Assembly: GCA_964493715.1 (NCBI GenBank)
Contig: CAZBPC010000055.1
Coordinates: 1-21,824, forward strand
Direction of reading: 5' to 3'
DNA from: an uncultured archaeon
GTDB taxonomy: Archaea > Asgardarchaeota > Lokiarchaeia > Sigyniarchaeales > SOKP01
DNA: 21,824 bases
Below, one piece after another: positions 17,774-21,824 of this stretch (its first letter is position 1; the number at the start of each line of letters is the position of its first letter). The notes below the pieces were generated by a model. That model made no database searches. It was not told the DNA's origin and saw only the letters and a program-made list of their open reading frames with translations. The position numbers and the translations under genes are program-made.

Positions 17774-18889
17774 ATTACTGATGTTCATTATAATAGAGAA
17801 ATAGGTTCTCAATTATTCCTATTTACACCTGGACCTGTTCATGTACCCGACAGAATTCTACAAATACTTGCTAAACCGAACGACACTCATCGCTCAAAAG
17901 TATATTCTGAAATGCATCAACTTACTACAGAAGGATTAAAAAAAATCTTATATACAAAAAATGAATGTTTACTATCTACATCAAGTGCTACGGGTTTAAT
18001 GGAGGCTTGTGTAAGAAATCTTATAAAGGATGATGAAAAGGCTCTATTTTTGACAGTTGGGGCTTTTGGAGACCGATGGTATGAAATTGGTACTTCAAAC
18101 GGTAAAAATTCGATTAAACAAAGTGTCGAATGGGGAGATGCTATTACTCCTGAATTTGCTCAAAAAGCTTTAGATAAAGACAAATACGCTGTAGTTTTCA
18201 TTCAGTCTAATGAAACATCCACCGGCGTGTATAATCCAATTGATAAAATCATTCCAATTATCAAGGATTATGGTGCTTTAGCTTGTGTAGACGCTACGTC
18301 CTCGATGGCAGGAGTTAAACTTGAAGTTGATAAACTTGGAGTTGATGTATGCTTAGCATCTGTACAGAAATGTTTTACTATACCACCTGGATTAGCAGTT
18401 TGTTCTATTTCTGAAGCTGCTATCGAAAAAACTTCCCAAGTTAAAAATCGAGGGCTATATTTTGACTTTGAAGATATGCTAAAGAAAAACAAATCACATC
18501 AAACTCCAACAACACCTCCAATACCTCAAATTAGGGCATTAGAATACCAGATAAATTACATTTTGAATAACGAAGGTTTAGAAAACAGATTTGAAAGACA
18601 TGCTAAATTAGCTAAGCGCACGCAAGAATGGGCTAAATCTTTAGGATTTGAAATGTTTCCTACTAATGAGAAATATTATTCGAATACTGTATCCACGATG
18701 AAAAATTCAATTAATATTGATATTTCCAAAATGGTGTCAACTTTAAGTAGTAAAGGTTATGGAATCGTTAATGGGTATGGATCCTTAAAGGATAAGACCT
18801 TCAGAATCGGTCATATGGGAGAAATCTTCATAGAGGATTTGAATAAAATGTTAAAGGTTCTTTCTGAGATCGTAGAAGAATTGAAGTAA
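17774..18889 (+). CDS. Class V PLP-dependent aminotransferase (alanine-glyoxylate/serine-pyruvate family; candidate phosphoserine aminotransferase); conserved N-terminus extends upstream of ATG 17912
   Basis: In-frame upstream LFLFTPGPVHVP...THRS; SSATGLMEA, GAFGDRW, NETSTGV, VDATSS, SVQKCF (PLP Lys) PPGLA, FRIGHMG; the start position is inferred (ATT). Confidence 0.88.
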   Translation: MTDVHYNREIGSQLFLFTPGPVHVPDRILQILAKPNDTHRSKVYSEMHQLTTEGLKKILYTKNECLLSTSSATGLMEACVRNLIKDDEKALFLTVGAFGDRWYEIGTSNGKNSIKQSVEWGDAITPEFAQKALDKDKYAVVFIQSNETSTGVYNPIDKIIPIIKDYGALACVDATSSMAGVKLEVDKLGVDVCLASVQKCFTIPPGLAVCSISEAAIEKTSQVKNRGLYFDFEDMLKKNKSHQTPTTPPIPQIRALEYQINYILNNEGLENRFERHAKLAKRTQEWAKSLGFEMFPTNEKYYSNTVSTMKNSINIDISKMVSTLSSKGYGIVNGYGSLKDKTFRIGHMGEIFIEDLNKMLKVLSEIVEELK

Positions 18890-18977
18890 TTTTTTTTTTA
18901 TCTTTTTTTGTAGTAGTATTTTAAAGCTATAACAACATTAAAAATAATATTAACACATTACAAATATGTGATCCAAA

Positions 18978-19907
18978 ATGAAGATTTTAATAAGTGATAA
19001 GCTTGAGGAAGCTGGTATTCAGATATTTGAAGAAAATGGATTTGAAGCAGTAAGGAAATTTTCTATTTCAAAGGATGAATTACGAAAGGAAATAGCGGAA
19101 TATGATGGTATTGTTGTAAGATCAAGAACTATATTAACCGATGATATTTTAGAAAATGCTAAAAAACTAAAAGTAATAGGAAGAGCTGGTGTTGGTTTAG
19201 ATAATATTGATCTAAAGAAATCAGAAGAATTAGGCATTACTGTATTAAATACACCTGAAGCACCTTCTATTTCTGTAGCGGAATTAACACTTGGTTTGAT
19301 GTTCGCTTTAGCGAGATACTTAACTATAGCCGATAAAACTATGCATCGAGGTGAATGGAATAAAAATGATTATTTAGGATATACGCTCCATGGTAAGAAG
19401 TTGGGTTTGATTGGTTTCGGTAATATTGCTAAACAATTAGCAAAGCGTGCTATTTCATTAGGAATGAGCGTTGGGGTTTATTCACGATTTAGTAAAGGTC
19501 AGGATGCTGTTGATGAAGCTAAAAACATTGGATGCAAGATATACCCCTCTGTAGAAGACGCGATGAAAGATGCACAAATAATCTCCCTTCATCTACCCTC
19601 ATCGCCACACACAGAAAATATAATCAATGAATCCACCCTTAAATTGATGAAACCTAATTCGATTATTATTAATACTGCGAGAGGAAAGCTGATAGATGAA
19701 AAAGCTCTAATTAAAGCATTAAAAAATAAAGAAATAGGTGGAGCTGCCTTGGATGTATATAGAGAAGAACCTTTGAAGGATGAAAATTTAATAAAGTGTA
19801 TGGATAATCTAATACTCACGCCTCACATAGGAAGTCAAACAATTGAAAATCAAGATGCAGCAGCTATGATGATTGCAGAAAAAATGGTGCATTTTCTAAA
19901 AAATTAA
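18978..19907 (+). CDS. serA: D-3-phosphoglycerate dehydrogenase-like D-2-hydroxyacid dehydrogenase (short form, no ACT domain)
   Basis: VVRSRT, GRAGVGLDNID, LIGFGNIA, INTARG, ALDVY..EP, TPHIGSQT. Confidence 0.8.
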   Translation: MKILISDKLEEAGIQIFEENGFEAVRKFSISKDELRKEIAEYDGIVVRSRTILTDDILENAKKLKVIGRAGVGLDNIDLKKSEELGITVLNTPEAPSISVAELTLGLMFALARYLTIADKTMHRGEWNKNDYLGYTLHGKKLGLIGFGNIAKQLAKRAISLGMSVGVYSRFSKGQDAVDEAKNIGCKIYPSVEDAMKDAQIISLHLPSSPHTENIINESTLKLMKPNSIIINTARGKLIDEKALIKALKNKEIGGAALDVYREEPLKDENLIKCMDNLILTPHIGSQTIENQDAAAMMIAEKMVHFLKN

Positions 19908-19925
19908 AATGAAATGATTAATTTT

Positions 19926-21116
19926 TTATAAATCATGAAGAATCAATCCAGATAACACTTTAGGATCAAACCACGTAGATTTTGGTGGCATAACACCTCC
20001 AAGATCTGCGATAGCTTCCAAATCCTTGATATTAACGGGATATAAATTAAAAAAGATATCATTTCCTTTTTCTGTTACATATCTTTCCATATCAATAGGA
20101 TTCTTTACACCTCCTACAAAAAAGATATTCTCATCCGCTCGTGGATCAGATATGCCTAAAATTGGATTCAAAACTTTATCTTGAAGTATAGCAACATCGA
20201 GACTATCGCGCTTTGATTTGAAATCTTTATCTTTCACACTTAATTCATACCACTTTCCTTTCAGACACATTGCTACTTGGTTTTTTCTTTTTGGATCAAA
20301 AGCTCTATCTTTTTGTTTAATCTCATATATTTCTCCCAATTTTTTCAGAAAATCTTCGACACTCATCAGTAATTTTTTAATTACTCGATTATAAGGAAGG
20401 ATTTGAATTTGATCATCAGAGGCAACATAAGAGAGGAGATATTGCCAAGGTTTATCCAATTCATCCATATCATTTTTACTTAATTGTATTTTACGGTATT
20501 CAGCAGCACTTGCGGCACGATGATGCCCGTCTGCGATATAGACCTTTTTATTTTTAAACAATTGAGCTAATTTTTCAATAATCTTCGTGTCAGTCTCTTG
20601 CCATAAAAAATGTTTGTAATCATTCATTGAAAAAATGAATATAGGATCCTTCATTTTGATTTTTTCAATTGTTTTATTAATTTTTTTATTTGCTGAAAAA
20701 ACACACCACACGAGTCCCGCAGCTACATTAGTTGCTAAAATATGATTAGTTCGATCTTTAAGAGCTTTCTCACGAGTATATTCATGCCTTACAATATTTC
20801 CCTCTTCATAATCTTGTAAAGATAAACCCATAATTAGACCTTGATGACTAAAGGATCTAGATTCCTGCCTATATACAAAAATACTTGGTTGATCTTCTTT
20901 GGTTATCAATCCATCATCTTTATATCGTTGAAAAGCTTTAGCTGCATTCTCGTATATCTCTTTTCCATTACCATCAGGCAAGATAAGATGAATTAGTGAG
21001 TTAGGATTAAGTTTTAATTTTTTTGCTTCCTCATCACTAATCACATCATAAGGATTTGTTGTAAATTCTTCCGGATTTCTTGGTAAATAGGGCTTTAAAG
21101 GTGATATTTTAACCAT
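19926..21116 (-). CDS. DUF1015-family protein (ParB/sulfiredoxin-like core); likely start ATG 21116 (ORF track gives 21140)
   Basis: PYDVIS, IVRHEYT, YIADGHHR, ILPYNR, MPPKSTWFDPKVLSGL are characteristic DUF1015 motifs. Confidence 0.9.
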   Translation of the reverse strand: MVKISPLKPYLPRNPEEFTTNPYDVISDEEAKKLKLNPNSLIHLILPDGNGKEIYENAAKAFQRYKDDGLITKEDQPSIFVYRQESRSFSHQGLIMGLSLQDYEEGNIVRHEYTREKALKDRTNHILATNVAAGLVWCVFSANKKINKTIEKIKMKDPIFIFSMNDYKHFLWQETDTKIIEKLAQLFKNKKVYIADGHHRAASAAEYRKIQLSKNDMDELDKPWQYLLSYVASDDQIQILPYNRVIKKLLMSVEDFLKKLGEIYEIKQKDRAFDPKRKNQVAMCLKGKWYELSVKDKDFKSKRDSLDVAILQDKVLNPILGISDPRADENIFFVGGVKNPIDMERYVTEKGNDIFFNLYPVNIKDLEAIADLGGVMPPKSTWFDPKVLSGLILHDL

Positions 21117-21174
21117 AATATGCATTAATGGTATGTGCATAATAAAATAGTTTCTATTTTAGGTTAACAAATTT

Positions 21175-21756
21175 TTATAACATTAATTTTGCTCTTTCGA
21201 GTGTTAACAATTCCCTTTTAAGATTTGTCTCCCATTCACTATCAGAATTTTTTCCCATAAATCCACCAATCTCTCCATCCTTTTTTAAAACCCGATGACA
21301 AGGAACAATTAGGGGGATTGGATTATTCCTGCAAGTATTTCCTATAGCGCGATATGCATTAGAACCGATATGAGCTCCGATCTCAAAATAGGAAGTAGTT
21401 TCTCCAAATTTTATCCTAATTAGCGATTCAAATACCTTAAAGGCAAATTCTGATTTATATTTGTTTTTAAGATCGAGATCCACATTTATTTTTTGTATTT
21501 CCGTGAATAAATCAACAGGTTTTCCAGAAAAATATTCTTTGAATAACATTTCAACGTTTTCAAGTATTTCATTCTCAATCAAATTAGATGAATCAACTGG
21601 CTTTAATTTTTTAGCTTCGATCATTTTTAAAATTTCCTTCTTATTTTTCAACATCGTTAATTCTAATAATAGCAGAGATTTAGTGCTATTTTGATATTCA
21701 TATTTCAAGAATATGTAAGCTTGAAGACCAGCGGGTTTAAAATGATAATAAGACAT
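21175..21756 (-). CDS. ogt: Methylated-DNA-protein-cysteine S-methyltransferase (MGMT)
   Basis: GETTSY, YRAIG, NPIPLIVPCHRV active site, GGFMG, KRELLTLE. Confidence 0.93.
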   Translation of the reverse strand: MSYYHFKPAGLQAYIFLKYEYQNSTKSLLLLELTMLKNKKEILKMIEAKKLKPVDSSNLIENEILENVEMLFKEYFSGKPVDLFTEIQKINVDLDLKNKYKSEFAFKVFESLIRIKFGETTSYFEIGAHIGSNAYRAIGNTCRNNPIPLIVPCHRVLKKDGEIGGFMGKNSDSEWETNLKRELLTLERAKLML

Positions 21757-21824
21757 AACAATTCTAAAATTGTAATGCTCGTTTTTTAAATTTATTATTT
21801 ATATCGATAACTATTTAAATTCCT

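Noticed and set aside
1049-21694. Remaining short ORFs in the track (e.g. 1049-1408, 1622-1891, 3642-3866, 5872-6057, 6098-6334, 8021-8847 set, 10010-12820 set, 14180-14434, 18268-18492, 19019-19819 set, 21461-21694)
   Set aside because: All overlap well-supported genes antisense or out of frame and have no recognisable motifs
1-21824. CRISPR arrays, tRNA and rRNA genes
   Set aside because: Intergenic regions are short and very AT-rich, with no regularly spaced repeats or GC-rich structured segments

Overview
AT-rich, gene-dense prokaryotic window. It is probably from an anaerobic archaeon, and Asgard/Lokiarchaeia-like is my inference from GGTGA-type ribosome-binding sites, oligo-T tracts after genes and the archaeal-type VapBC pair; the sequence alone cannot prove this. 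I can support 22 CDS. Three of them are missing from the ORF track: a window-truncated MFS transporter at <1..829 and two small rubredoxins at 3795..3941 and 6709..6843. The centre (about 2.4-14.6 kb) is an oxygen/ROS/sulfur-redox island: NADH:rubredoxin oxidoreductase fused to rubredoxin, two free rubredoxins, flavodiiron protein, acyl-CoA dehydrogenase, desulfoferrodoxin, rubrerythrin, a CoA-disulfide reductase-rhodanese-TusA-rhodanese fusion, nitroreductase and DUF1847. Main findings: (1) a rubredoxin / flavodiiron / acyl-CoA dehydrogenase gene trio that looks like an unfused acyl-CoA:O2 oxidoreductase; (2) an integrase-free vapBC mini-island bracketed by the 3' end of the D-aminoacylase gene and a decayed copy of that 3' end that differs mainly at synonymous sites; (3) a class V aminotransferase whose conserved N-terminus has no ATG/GTG/TTG start, next to serA-like and DUF1015 genes in a candidate non-canonical serine pathway. 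I found no rRNA, tRNA, CRISPR array, transposase or integrase.
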